Below are positions 1-13,400 of a stretch of 64,000 nucleotides of DNA, piece by piece (positions within the stretch are counted from its first letter, which is position 1; every line of letters begins with the position of its first letter). The position numbers and the translations under genes are program-made. Origin of the DNA: Podarcis pityusensis. Lineage: Eukaryota. A model generated the notes under the pieces. That model had not been told where the DNA came from, searched no databases, and saw nothing but the letters and a program-made list of their open reading frames with translations. The stretch lies in NCBI GenBank assembly GCA_964106645.2, contig OZ067049.1; one strand, 5' to 3'.

Positions 1-187
1 TTTGAAATGAAAGTCTGTTCTGCAGTCCAAATCATCTAGAGGGTACTAGGCTGGAGAAAGCTGACCTATAGCAATATCCCATGAGATGAGCTCTCCGGGA
101 TTAGCTTCATGGAAGCAATAATCTCACTGTTTTTGTCTACAGTGATAAGATATTGTAATGTTTGCAGAGTTCCCCAGCTTTGCAATA

Positions 188-429
188 CAGTGGTACCTTG
201 GGTTAAGTATTTAATTCGTTCCGGAGGTCCGTTCTTAACCTGAAACTGTTCTTGAATTGAAGCACCACTTTAGCTAATGGGGCCTCCTGCTGTCACTGCG
301 CTGCCGGAGCACGATTTCTGTTCTCATCCTGAAGCAAAGTTCTTAACCCGAGGTAGTATTTCTGGGTTAGCAGAGTCTGTAACCTGAAACATATGTAACC
401 TGAAGCGTATGTAACCCGAGGTACCACTG
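188..429. mobile_element. Tc1/mariner (pogo/Tigger-like) MITE, family A, in last GALNT11 intron
   Basis: TIR CAGTGGTACCT(T/C)GGGTTA at both ends, TA on both flanks; near-identical copy at 60769. Confidence 0.9.
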
Positions 430-672
430 TATATAGATTTGGCTAAGAAAAGTGATCCAAACAGATCACTGCAGCATCAAGCTTCAAACATTAGTGCCTG
501 AATAGTTATTCAGAGTTCCTGTCCTCTAGATGAGTGGTGACTGAATCAGGGCAACATTTAACTGCCCTAGTAAGGTCAGCTCTTCTCACCCCAGCAAAGA
601 AAATATTCTCATTCAGAAGCAGGTTTTGAGCTGCTTTGCCTCAACTGTTGCGTTTTGTTTTTCTGTCTCCAG

Positions 673-804
673 AAACATAATCGACTCTATCAGGTGTCCG
701 TTGGGCAATGCATGAAGGTAGCTGATCCGCTTAGCCTCAAAGGATATGTGACCATGGCAATTTGTGACGGCTCCCTCCCTCAGCAGTGGCGCTTTGAAAG
801 CTGA
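673..804 (+). CDS. GALNT11: Terminal coding exon of polypeptide N-acetylgalactosaminyltransferase 11 (end of ricin-type lectin domain)
   Basis: Pyrimidine tract ...tttttctgtctccag then [43 protein letters not shown] (TGA 802-804); QQW lectin motif, close match to recalled GALNT11 C-terminus, known convergent synteny with KMT2C. Confidence 0.9.
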   Translation, partial: KHNRLYQVSVGQCMKVADPLSLKGYVTMAICDGSLPQQWRFES

Positions 805-1689
805 GTGACAGTGAAGGCCCATTTCCACAGTAGCCTATAGTTGACCTTATAGAGCCTGCAGTTCCTGCTGCTATTTCTGAAACGGAACAGTTTGGGAAGC
901 TTTTAGAAGCAAGCGGAATAGGAGCTGTGGCAGCCATGTTTCAATCTCTACACACATAGAAGTGCAATTCATGTAAGTTTTTTGCACTTCCCTGGCAAAT
1001 GTAGATACTCTAAATAGTTAGACCATTGTATTTAATTAGGAAAGAAAATTAATATTGAATATTTCCAATAGTCAGATGACTACCTTGTCTTGCCTGTACT
1101 TCTTGCACAAGTATTACTGTACTATTATTTTCTTTGATTGGATGATGAATTATTTTAACTGATCTGGAAAAAGAATATTCATTTTTAAACAAATCTCTGT
1201 ATTTAATTTTAATTCATTAATTTTAACATGTTACATTGTTAACATTTTATGTCACAGCATTTAAAATAAGTCATTACAGATTTTGATGACTCTGGGCAGC
1301 ATCCAGAATCATGAAGTGGAAATAGGTTTATACAGTGGGTCTCATGTCTTCTCCCTGCTGCCCCCCTGTATCCCAAAAGCCTCCCCTGACGATCTGGGAA
1401 TCCTTAGGGAGGTATGGGAATGGGGGCTGCAGCAGTCGGGAACAATTACTGGAATTCAGGTAGGGGCTGACTTGCAATAGCAAATTGGCATTTTAAGAGC
1501 AAGTATGGTACTTTTTCTGTTATAATCAGTTTCTGAGTGAAGAGGTCAACAGAAATGATTATGGTGCAAGATGTACGTATCTCAATACACTTGTGTGGAC
1601 TTTTTAATTTCTTCCTCTGGATTGAAAGCATTAATTGCTGATTTTTCCTTTATTGGTTCATTCAGCACTGGTTTAAAATGCAGTTGCAT

Positions 1690-1695
1690 AATAAA
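1690..1695 (+). terminator. Candidate GALNT11 polyadenylation signal AATAAA
   Basis: First canonical AATAAA I found on + after the GALNT11 stop. Confidence 0.4.
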
Positions 1696-2538
1696 CTTGT
1701 GAAAATACTTCAGGGTTAACAATGTTTGAAACATTTTCTTTCTTTCTTTGAAATCGAGCAATCTGCTTAGGACCTTGTCCAAAGGGGTTGGGGTGGGGGA
1801 GATCTGTACCTTATAAGAATTTATTAAGTTTTAATTTGCCACAGAGTTAATTTTTGCTGATTTGTGGACTGTATGCTGCTCAACATACAAATGGAATACC
1901 AGCTAGTGTGTGCCACCTGTCTTATTTTAACAGGTTGTCTAGTTAGGCCTGCATCCCCAGCACATAACACAGCACACTATGAACACTGCACTTTCATTTC
2001 AGTGAAGCTAGCAGCTCTCATTAAGTATATAATCCAACAAAACAATGGCTATCAGCTGTACTGTGTTCATACAGAAAGAAAGCTGTGGGTGGAAGTTACA
2101 GCGCCAATTCAAGGAATTTGAATCTGTCCTAATATTTACTGTACCTTATTTTCAAAGAATTGAGCAGATTATATCCAGATGTGGAACGCTATGGTATCCA
2201 GAATAGAAAATTGGGTGGAGTTCTTGTGGGCGGTGATTTTACTCTGCAGATCATTCAAAAGCCATATACTATAAATAATCTGGGAAGCATTCAGATTATA
2301 TGAATTGCACTGTGGCTTTCTTCCAACTTTATCTGCTCGAGGCTATGTGCCTCTCAGCAATTAAATCATTGCTTTTGGTATTTTAGTTTGGAGTAAAGGT
2401 GATGGATTTACTTTGAATGGCAGCGCAGTGCTGTACCAAATCTTGAGGCTCCTAAGTAAACCATCTAGGAACATTCTGGTAAAATAAGAAACATTTCCAA
2501 ATGAAAATATAGAGGTAATATTTATAGATGTAAAATAT

Positions 2539-2544
2539 TTTATT
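2539..2544 (-). terminator. Probable distal KMT2C polyadenylation signal AATAAA
   Basis: tttatt on +; downstream on minus TATTTTCATTTGGAAATGTTTCTTATTT is U/GU-rich. Confidence 0.6.
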
Positions 2545-2679
2545 TGTAAATGCTGATCTTCTAAATCTGTTTCCACAAATTTCAAAGCCCATAACACTCT
2601 GTATACTTCAAAAATTCATTTTTTGCCAACATTAGATAACTATTATACAGAACAGAAAAAACCTGTAGGACAAATACTG

Positions 2680-2819
2680 NNNNNNNNNNNNNNNNNNNNN
2701 NNNNNNNNNNNNNNNNNNNNNNNNNNNNNNNNNNNNNNNNNNNNNNNNNNNNNNNNNNNNNNNNNNNNNNNNNNNNNNNNNNNNNNNNNNNNNNNNNNNN
2801 NNNNNNNNNNNNNNNNNNN
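2680..2819. other. Assembly gap (140 N)
   Basis: Run of N. Confidence 1.
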
Positions 2820-4375
2820 AGAACTGTAGCACTGAATATATCAACAGTTTTACAGTCCACTTTCGCTGTGCACACAAAAAACTTCATTTTTTTAATATTT
2901 AGACTGTGAAGTGTCAGTACCAGAATTTAAAGTACAAAATAAAAAAACTAACCTGCTTCAAAATGTTGATTAGGTTTCTACAAGCAAACACAAACAGTGT
3001 TTTATTTTTTTTAAAGAAATGTAAACAAAACAATCCATACAAACACATTTTTTAAATTACATTTTCCAAAACCCTATTGCCAGAGTCCTGCAGCTGAAAG
3101 CACAATTACACCTAATTTTTTCTTTGTTTTTACTTTTAAAGAAGGCAGCTATTGTATTAGACTTACGCTCTCACTACACATTTCTATTTTCATTACATGA
3201 TTTAGTGTAAGCTGAACAGTTCATGTAATCCCCACTACTTTTTTCTGGAAAAGAAAATCAATGTTCAGCTTCTATTTTGGGTGGTTTTAGCAGTTATTCA
3301 CAGTTATCACAAATTCTAAGCACAAAAAACCTGATTTAAGAAATAGGGATGTAACAATATAATACAAATAAAATAAATCAGTCTAAATTTCCTCAGACAT
3401 CTACAAAAGTCATAGTTGTAATATACATGCTCTCTACCAGTCTTAACGGTTACTTAAAAAAGTTATTAATAGAGCACAGTTGAGCCTGCTTTAAAGATTA
3501 AAAAAATAAAGTAAAACCTCTCTTTAAATTGAGATTTTGGTTATTCCATAACAATTGTAATGGCATTTTTAATACATGAGATCATATTGTAACATCCCTA
3601 TCAAAGTTTTATAATAAGCACCCGAACTGCTGCAAAGTCTGGTAGCATTTGGTCAATTACTATTTTTTTATACTGTACTTTATTCCTCAAAATATTTACA
3701 CTTTTGTACAAAGTAACAGGGTTTGTTAGTTCTGCAGGTAACAGCAGCAGCTTGGCTTCTAACTTTTCCTTTTAAAAATAGCTTCATTCACTTATTTCAA
3801 TAATAAATACAAAAAGTTTCTCTTATTTTACAGAAATCAAAAACTACAATAAACTGACTCATGGAATCAAGTATTTTAAATGTATTTTAGTGCAAGTTAT
3901 TTCCCTTAGCTCTATCCCTAAGGAAGTCATTTCAGTACATTCCTTGTTCAGTGGTGTCTACTTTTATTTATTTATTTTTCTGTATTTAGAGGGCCTGCCC
4001 CTTTAATAAGTAAGGCTGTGGCCAGCACTTTGGACGTCTCCCTTTCGCTGGTGATTTCAGTCTACATTCATTGATGCCCCACTGCCCTTTTGCAGTTCAG
4101 CCATAGCTTCTCTGCCCAAGTTCAACGATTTCTCCTTATGAGTTCATAAAATCAAAAGTGCTGGACTGGTTTGGAGATCAGTTTCACCTCTGTGTGCCTT
4201 GGACATCAGGCAACAACTCCATATTCTGCCAGCTTGCTTCACACTGGTGTAGAATACAACTTTCAGAAGTGATTGCTTTCACACCCACCCACACCCACCC
4301 CATAAAAATAAAAAAAAAAATCAAAATCACTTCTTCCTTGGGACAAGCAACCCCTGGAGACAGCAAGGAATGCAT

Positions 4376-4468
4376 CTAGTTCATCCATTTTCGGCAGTTT
4401 ACAGCTCCACAGTGACATGGAATCTTGTGCTGGTCATCTTCAAAATCAAACTTATAGTCATAACAGAG
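4376..4468 (-). CDS. KMT2C: KMT2C exon 59 (SET end, post-SET, stop)
   Basis: cag|[30 protein letters not shown]. Confidence 0.96.
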   Translation of the reverse strand, partial: LCYDYKFDFEDDQHKIPCHCGAVNCRKWMN

Positions 4469-7400
4469 CTGAAAGAAAGGGACTGCCAGTTAGGTTTGGT
4501 GTTTGCAAAATCAAGAACAACTACTCACCTCATATATACATGGACGCGTTCTCAATTTCATATGTTGTTGGATTTTAAGTTGCTAACATTGATTATGGAT
4601 GGAAGAAGCAGCTTCTTGCAAGGTGAACTATGCCTAGGGTGCTAAAGTTCAGCCTCGTTGAATCAATATAGTGGCAAATGCCATATTCATCTGTAATGTG
4701 ATAATGGGCTGAGTAGCCGCCCAGAATGGCTGGGGCAACCATTTCAGATGGGTGGGGTATAAATAATAAATTCTTCTTCTTATATTATTAATATCCTGAA
4801 ATGGTGTTGCAGATTAAGGGTTGGTTTAGGAGATACCCCATTTCGGTAACCAGTCTAACCAGCTCATTGTGGCTGTTTTTATTTGCCAGAGTTCTTGCTA
4901 CTGAAAATATAGTGCAGAATCAAATGTGCTGATTGAGGTGCAAGAATGTTCCCCGAGGTGTTTGGAAGCATACACCTGAAAAGCCTTTATCTGTTGCTAT
5001 CAAAGTAACTTTCCACATTGGGGGCAAATACATCTCCACATGAAACAGTCTGCACGCTGCCCAAGAACTCTACAACACTGCTGTGTGCATTTGAATGGGC
5101 TCCAAAACAGTTACACCAGAATGAAATATTTTTTTAAGTAGTAGTTTTCCAATATCCTATTTAGTGTGACGTTTCAGCATACAAAGCAATGTTTTACATT
5201 CTGCACACTTCTATATGTGTACTTGCAGAAGTAAGCCCTGTTGAGTTCATTGAAAGTTACTCCCAGGTATGTGGGTAGAGGAAAGTGGTAAATGTTAAAC
5301 AGCTTTACAGTATAAACAAACTTTAACAAGGCATTCTTCAGAATGGCTTCTAATAGATTGCCTAAAATGCTAAGCAGTGCATGGGAAAAAATACAAGGGG
5401 GTGAGACTGTCCAGTTGACGAGTCAACAGAAAATAAATAAATCATGGTACTTAAAAAAGAAGCAAGTGCTGAAACATTTTTGTAACTAGGAATTTTAGAA
5501 AGAAGAAATTGAGCATATTCTACAAATAAAGGTTTAAGCTACTAGAAGCTATGCAAATCCTACCTCTTCTCCCTTCTGGATTCTCCTGCTAGAGCTAATG
5601 ATGATCTTATGTCCCCTTTCAAAGGTTACCACCTCAGCCACACAGTTTGGTGCACAGGAATGGTTAATATACCTACAAGGGGTGGGGGGTGGGGAAAACA
5701 AGAGAAATCCAGGCACATGTTTTAAAGTGTTGAGGAAGCAAACTGATTGTACTGTAAAATATATATACTTTCCTTTGCCCAGGAAAAAACAAAAGTTCAA
5801 AAAGTACTCTATTGCTGGACATCTGCTTTGAGAGCACAAATCAAGGCTACAGTAAATTAATAAGGCAGCTTTAGAGTTTACTGGGAGTATGACAGTTGAA
5901 TGCGCCAACTTAGAGAATAAAGGCAATTGCGGAAGAACACTTCCAGTAGAACTCCTCAGGAAAGAGCCGGCAAAGAGAACATGGCTGGCATCCAAAAATG
6001 AGATCACCATTCCTCTCAAGAGCCACCCACCTTGCAGGACCTCCTGTCAATGTGGCATCAATGACATGGTCATTGTCAATGCGGAACATGTACACTCCGC
6101 GATTCTGCGAGGAGGGAAGCAGAGAGAAAATGCTGTCAGATCTGTACAAGAAGAGTCAATCAGTCAAACAAAAGGAATGACACACAGTTCAAAGTGTTTT
6201 TCAGATTCATAATGAGACAACCCATTAGCATACTATGGGAGACTCGGGTATATTTATACCCAACACAGAAAGCAGAGCATGCTTACTAGTATTTTGTGAC
6301 TAGATGTATTGAAAAGAAAAGGCAACCTAGAAGATCCTTTAGAGACAGGCTCAGACACAGCCACAAATTAATAGTCTCAGTCCCTCTAAATCAGGCATGT
6401 CCAACTTCCAAGAGACTGTGATCTACTCCCACTATTAAAAAACAGGCAGTGATTTACCCATTGGATTGACCAAAGTAGTTGAGCTGTTTTTGGAGAGCAA
6501 AAGTTGTTGAGTTGTGTTTTTTTTGGGGGGGGGGGAGAAGATCGACCAGGGATGCCCAGCGATCGGCCGGTAGATCGCGATTGACCTATTGGACATTCCT
6601 GTTCTAAATGAATTCACAGTCTTGCACAATCTGTACCTATAGCCACAGGATGGTAGTGGGGACATGGATGTTGCTCTGAATGATTGGTGTGTATGTAGTC
6701 TCTGTGTTGCACAGATCTCTCTACACATATGGGCCCAGATCTCAGTTCATATGGACACGAACACACATTTTTCACACACAATGTTTATGAAGCACAATGA
6801 ACATCTGTTAATACTTTGAGCCATTTTTTTGAAATTCTCCAGAAACACCAGGTGCTCCTGCTATTTGAAGACACAGTTCTGAGTGCTTCACATCCAAGCT
6901 GTAATACATGTCAGCATTCACAAAGCTATAGCTGTTTGCTCCAGAGAAGAGCTCACACATTTTTGACTATCTTACATGAGTTCTTGAAACAGGTTAAGTT
7001 GCCTTATGTAATACCTGAGATTCATAAAGCTTCTCTTTCCTGTTGGCTACCTCATTGCGGATGATGGTTCCAATATATTCAATGACCATGGTGTGCTTTT
7101 CAATGTCTCTAGCAGCATATAAGCCCAGGCCCTACAAAGAATAGTAGATGCTTTAGGAATATCTCAGTACCAGAGTGCACAACCTGAACACTATGTTGGT
7201 GTGGTTTAGCATTAGGGTACAAGAACTTACACGACAGAACTGATGCTTTTTAGCAAACTTACAGTCAATCCTACACATGTTTACTCAGAAGTATGTCCCT
7301 CTATGTTCAATGGAGTTTACTCCCGTTTAAGGGTGTTTAGAGTGCAGCTCAAATCAGCAAGGGGAAAAATAACACTAACATAGCCCACCAGTACACAAGT

Positions 7401-10400
7401 GCTATTCATAGTGTAAATTGCATGTAGTCTTTTAGGCAAGAAACCTCACAAGTGGCTTACATAAGCCACAATACAATATATTAATAAAATACAGGATCAC
7501 AAATACATCACATATATGAAACAGCCCCGAAAAACAGCTGCATGTCCAGCAACAGGCAAGCATCATATGATTAATATCAGCTAAAACATTTAAACAATTT
7601 CAAATCAGCGAGATCATAACATCTTTAAGAGTAAGTGGCTTGAAAATAATGGGCTTATAAAGCCCTTTTGAAGGCCTGCAGTTGGGAAGGAGCCATTGAG
7701 ATGAAGTTCCACGAGTGCAGGGCTAGCACCATAAAGGCCCTATTCTTTATGCCCACCAATCTGATTGATCTTACAGGCAGGCCTTACAGCAGGGTCTCCA
7801 CAGTTGATCTCTGGGCCCAGGCAAGTATGAAGGGCTCCTTTCTCCTTTAAAGATCAACACCAGTATATGAAATTTATTGATGTTATATATTTTACCAGCC
7901 ATCTGGCCCACATTGATAGATATTTTCCACTAATGGAAATGTTCTAGCAATCTTCAAAGGCAGCCCTATATGCAATAGCAAAGTTGGGATGTCACTAGTT
8001 CATGAATAACAGAAGTCAGGTCCACTCTGTCTACATAATTGGGGCTCCTCTCTTGTGGAGCCAATCATCTACCGGCCAAGCAAGTTTAGCAGCAGGCCGA
8101 GATGAGCAAGGCAGACTACTCTGTCCACCCCCTTTGTGACCTAACAAACCCCAAACTCCCAAATTAACTAACACATCAACAGCAAATATGCAGATAGAAG
8201 GCCAGTAGTGGTGGTGATAGTATATTTTACAGACTGTCACATGTACAGCTTATCTGCATATTGAACAGATGTTTGTTCCCTTGAGACCAAGATGGCTGAC
8301 TTGGAGAAACTATATTCCAAGCAGCACACATTTCCCCCGAAGATATTAGAAAACCGTCTGGATTCATCATCCTCTGGAAGCAGACCATTAGTGTTGACCC
8401 TCCACCACTGTGAAGGTTACAAGAAGCCTGAAGGTCAAATTTAATCAAGTAATGATCAGTTCATGACAATGAAGCTATTACTAGCTCCTCCTCCCACAGA
8501 GAATTTCCCCCTAGCCCAGTACAGAACACCAAAATATGCTATACAACTTACATTGAGCCTGATTTTAATCTGAGCTGGACCATGGCTTCATATTGTTTTC
8601 ATGGTTGATTGGAAGAGACAGTGGCAAAATTTTAAAAGAATGAATGCATTGCACAGCAAAGTTGTTGCAACTGACCTGAATACGTGAGCGTGCCAAATAG
8701 ACGTTGGATTTCCATTCGGTCTTCATTTTTCGGTACTGAGAGGACTTTGAATGAACAAACTGTTTACTGTAAGGTGCATTCAGTTCTCCTGTAACTGTGC
8801 TCTGAAATGACTTTGAAGTGCTGGTGCTATTTAAGGTATGAGGCCTGCAGTAGTGGGTCATATAACAGAAGAGACAAAGAAGGAAAACTGAAGATCTCTC
8901 TGAATTTTATGACATTTAGAGGTTGTTTTTTTTAAAAAACAAACTCAAAGACAGACAGACATTCAAAGCCAGCTAGCAGAGACAACAAAGCAGCTCCCCT
9001 GGCTCAAACATGCACATACACAGCCAACAACAACAGGGTTTGTAAGCAGCACACAGAAGCACAGGTATCCTACGCAGCCTATAAACCCTGGGCTGTACTA
9101 TGTGAATTTAAAATAAAATACCTTAACACAAACCTCTTGACATGGCTGCTCATTTTTGGCTCAGAGCGGGCGCAGCCTGTGGGGTTGATGGCAAGAGGAA
9201 GTTCCATGAGAGGGTTTCGGCCATACCGGAAGGTGTAATGTTCACAAGCCTCAACCCCAGGAAGCTGTAAACACACCAAGGAGTCACATGTCAATGCAGT
9301 TGCAGAACAGCCAAAGAAATGTTCTCTGATTCAGGAATAGGTTTAGGAATTAGAATAGCACACACAGAGAGAGACAGCACTCAGTGAAGTGCTTTACAAA
9401 ACTGCCTTCTTTTTCCTTCTTGCTTTTCTTTAAGAGTACAGATCCACAAACCGATTGTACAAACCCAACCCTGCCTTTTCTATCCTAGCCTGCAATCCTC
9501 AATAAGCCCTTGGGTGCTTTGCCCACTCACATAGTATCTACTAATGCATACTTCTACCTGCAAAACCTGCTGCCATAAGTGTTGAAGAGAAGAGAAAGAG
9601 GTGGGGCGGGCGGGCGGGCGGGCAGACAGGCAATTACAATACACCACATCAAACCATTGTTTCCTGTTTCTAAACCTCTGAAAGTGAGCCTATAACCCTG
9701 GCCCAAAGGCCTGCTTCAGGGCTTTCCACTGACTAAATTTTAATGCTAGTTATGGCACAGCAATCTACAGCAGAACTATTTCTTCCTTCAGACTCTATGA
9801 CAAGTTTTCAATAGAGCCTGGACACATGTTACGCGCATCGCATAAAAAAAGTCCCATGTCTAAGACAGACAATGATTTACTACTAAAGAGTAACAAGCCA
9901 AGAACTGGCCTAGTACAACCGCATGACCTCTTACCGATTCAGCAATCCTAGCCACTGCAGAGACAGTCAAACCAAAAAGGTCTTCACCCTTTAGATATGC
10001 AGGGAATAGCTGCAGCATTTCAGAACTCCTCCTTACTGAAGCAACAGGCTCTAGGATTTTATCCCAAACACCTGCATAGGATAAAAATTACAGTGAATCA
10101 CAAAATAAATGCAAGGGAAAAAAATCACCACAATAAACTTGTTTAAAGTCATATCTACTTTGGATGTAACACTAGAATTGCTCTAAAATACTAAGGGGCA
10201 GATTGTGTTTTTAGGATTCTCCTGCTCCCAAGATGAATTCTTTACATCAATATCACTTCTGCATGGAAAACCATCTATACTTTGTATATTGACTGTCCTA
10301 TATGATGAACACAGCACGCACACATGGCAAAATAGCGCGGAGATCATCACATACAATACTGACATGGGTACTCACCATTTGCTACAAAGAAGTCATTTGT

Positions 10401-13400
10401 GCATTGACGAGTTAGCTCGTGTGAAGTGGACTTACATGCAATAGGCCTAATGGCTTCCAGTAATCAGTTAGAAATATCAAATGAATGTAAACAATGAAAT
10501 GCACATCTAGCACTTAGGCCGAAGACTTTCACAAGATTCCGTGTTACCTTTAGGGGTTGAGTCAGTAAGAACCAGGTCTTCATGGCCTTGCTCAATGATC
10601 CTGATCACAAAGAGGGGAAGACCATCCTTCTCTTCAATGGAACACAGGTAGCGACACCTGCGGTTCGCATAGCGTGTGCTCCAATACAACCGGCTGGCCT
10701 CGTAACCCACAGGGTAGAGCACCTTTGAAGAATGGAAGGCCTGCATCTGGTGTGGCAGCAGCTGGCCAATCGTGTGGAAGATGAGGCTCCCCACCCGGAA
10801 GGTGTGCTCGCGATCCCCCCGTTGGACTATGCTGGCAATTTGTCGGACTTCATCCCGCTGGACGTATACCCGCCTGAAGACTGCAAAATAGCTGAGTTCT
10901 TGCTCGTGAGCGCCCTTTGGTTTGTGCATAGGGCAAAGCATAGTTTTGTCTTTAAAAAACATGCATTGTGCTTTAATGGCGCAGGTAAAGTGATAAATAT
11001 TGGTGCACCTTAACCTGTGACAGCCGCTGGTGGCGCCCATTTTGTGACAGAACATGCATTTCATCTGCAAGCCCCTTCGCAGGGCGAGCTCCACATTGAT
11101 TAAGGCACCAGCTTGTGTCTCATAGACCTCAGTAGACCAAAGAGCACAGTTCAAGTGGACCCAAACATCTAAGTCAAGGTTTAGAAGTCTTGCTGGTCCA
11201 TCTGTCAGCCCATCGCCCTCCTCATGACAGAAACAACACTTTCGGTAGTCCTTCGGCACTGGATCAGGTTTAATGGTTGTGCCCAGCTTTTTGAGGAATT
11301 CATCTATCTCCTCATCACAAGGAGGTTTGAATGTTCCTTTAGGAATCACAATCTGTATGTTCCACTTTTTCCACTTCATTCCTTTCCATTTCTTACTTAC
11401 TGGTCGACAGTCATCCAGACCATTTGGTATAGTTCTCAGGCGGGGTTTTAGCTTCACGGTTACCTTAAGCTCATCTGGTTTTGGCTCGACTCTGGCTGCT
11501 TCAAAAGCAGGAGGGAAGGTGATAAGGGGCGAGGAAGGCGGAGAAATCTTTTCCTGTAGCTGAGGCAGGCAGTGCACATCTAACGTAGAGATGTTGTTGT
11601 TATACTGATGGAACACTTTGGGGGCTGCCTCCTTCAATGGAAACTGTGGCAAGGTTGGAATTGATTCCTGAGAAATAATAAAGCAATTAAATATGGAATC
11701 AAGGAAAACACGTTTGGCCAATATTATTTCAAAGTCAGATGCCTATGATGTATTATGGTAGTTATGAATGCATGAACCAGCAGCATCCTATTTTACTTGC
11801 AGAGGAAACCTTATTATCTTCCTGGTGCTGTGTCTTCCCATGCAGTGTGGTAGACCAGTAAGACTAATAATAACAGTAAATGCTTAGAAGACATGTGCTA
11901 GGAATTTATAAACTTAAGGCTGATTTACTTGCAGGTAAGTATGCCGGCTTGATGTTTGCAATGATATACTTCTCCACTTACAAGCAAATTTATTCATGGG
12001 CAGGCATGTCAGATTGCAATTTTAAGCAGAAAGTTTTAACAGAACAAAGTTACCTAGGATTCCTGAATCAAAGTTAGTGAGTTAATGATACTCCAGGGAG
12101 ACAACCTGAAAATGATATCATAAAACACCACCCAAGATAAGATTCTGATGGAACCAAATATTCTGAATGTATCATGGGACGTATCATGCATATGTATGTC
12201 ACTGAATGATGGCTAGAATGCACTGGGAATATCTGCTGCATGTGTTACCTGCTGCTTCAAATGATGCCAGCACAGGAAAAACACTTAATAGATTGTGCCC
12301 TCTATTGCAACAAAACTGAAATTTTTGGGACAGGTACTGATTTAATCTTCTAGAGTTAACTGAGATGAAAGCTACTCTTCGTTTACACTAGAGATGGATC
12401 TTGCAAACATTTTTTTTAAAAAAAAATCAGAATACAGTATTCCATCTAGCTTCAGAATTTTGAAAGAAACTGAATCACTGTATATATTTCAATTAATATT
12501 TATTGTGTATTTTATTAATGCAGCAGCACTGGGAATTACCTTGCTTTCTGAGCTTTTAGCTTGCATGGATGCTGAATAAAGAACAAAGCAGTTGTTGCTA
12601 CAGAAGACAATGTCGTTCCCCATTCTTTCAGACTTCTCTCTAGAATCCTGGAAATAATAAGCCAAAGAGCGTAAACATGAACTTCAGGGAATTTCATTTT
12701 TAGTACATTTAGTAAATTAGAAAAACCAAGCTGCCCATTACTTGTAGAAACCTTTTCTTATGTTAATACAAAATCTTGGAGAACAAATCCTATTCAGAAT
12801 GAACTAGGGAAAGCATTCACTTATGCTGCTAGTAATGTCAATGTGTTTATAACTCAAGACTTTGCTAATTACGTAAATGTGAGTTGATGAAATACCATAT
12901 TTTTCTGTGTATAAGACACCCCCCATGAATAAGACAGTCCACTTTTTTTTAACCCAAAATTCTAAAAATCAGTATTTGAAACATCAAACAAAACAACTTT
13001 CTTTCAAAATAAAATAAAATAATAAGGAAATTGTCCAGTAGCACCATAGAGACCAACTAAGTTTGTTCTGGGTATAAGCTTTCGTGTGCATGCACACTTC
13101 TTCATATACTTTCCTTCAGTTAGAGTGACAGGGGGAGCTTTTTTCGGGAGATCACCTTCAGACCCAGGCAAAAAGTGTGCAGGATCAAAATGAGCTGGCA
13201 CATAGAAGAGAGGGGGCCAGTCTGTTGCCGTCAAGCTCTTCGCAGCCTAAGCCACAACCTGCCCAATCCTGCTCTGCCTAGAGACCATGGCAGCAGCAGC
13301 AGCAGCAATACCCAGGTTCCAGGATCAGAGCTGCTGTAGCTGGGAGTAGATCCAGGGGCTTTCACATGCCAGTCACCTCTCCGTGGACTAGGCAAGGTGA

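Larger units (their letters stand above)
2520..4375 (-). other. KMT2C: KMT2C 3'UTR (approximate end)
   Basis: AU-rich sequence after the stop; AATAAA at 2539-2544 on minus followed by a U-rich element; spans the gap. Confidence 0.7.

Noticed and set aside
2582-2887. ORFs containing X runs
   Set aside because: Artefacts of translating the N gap
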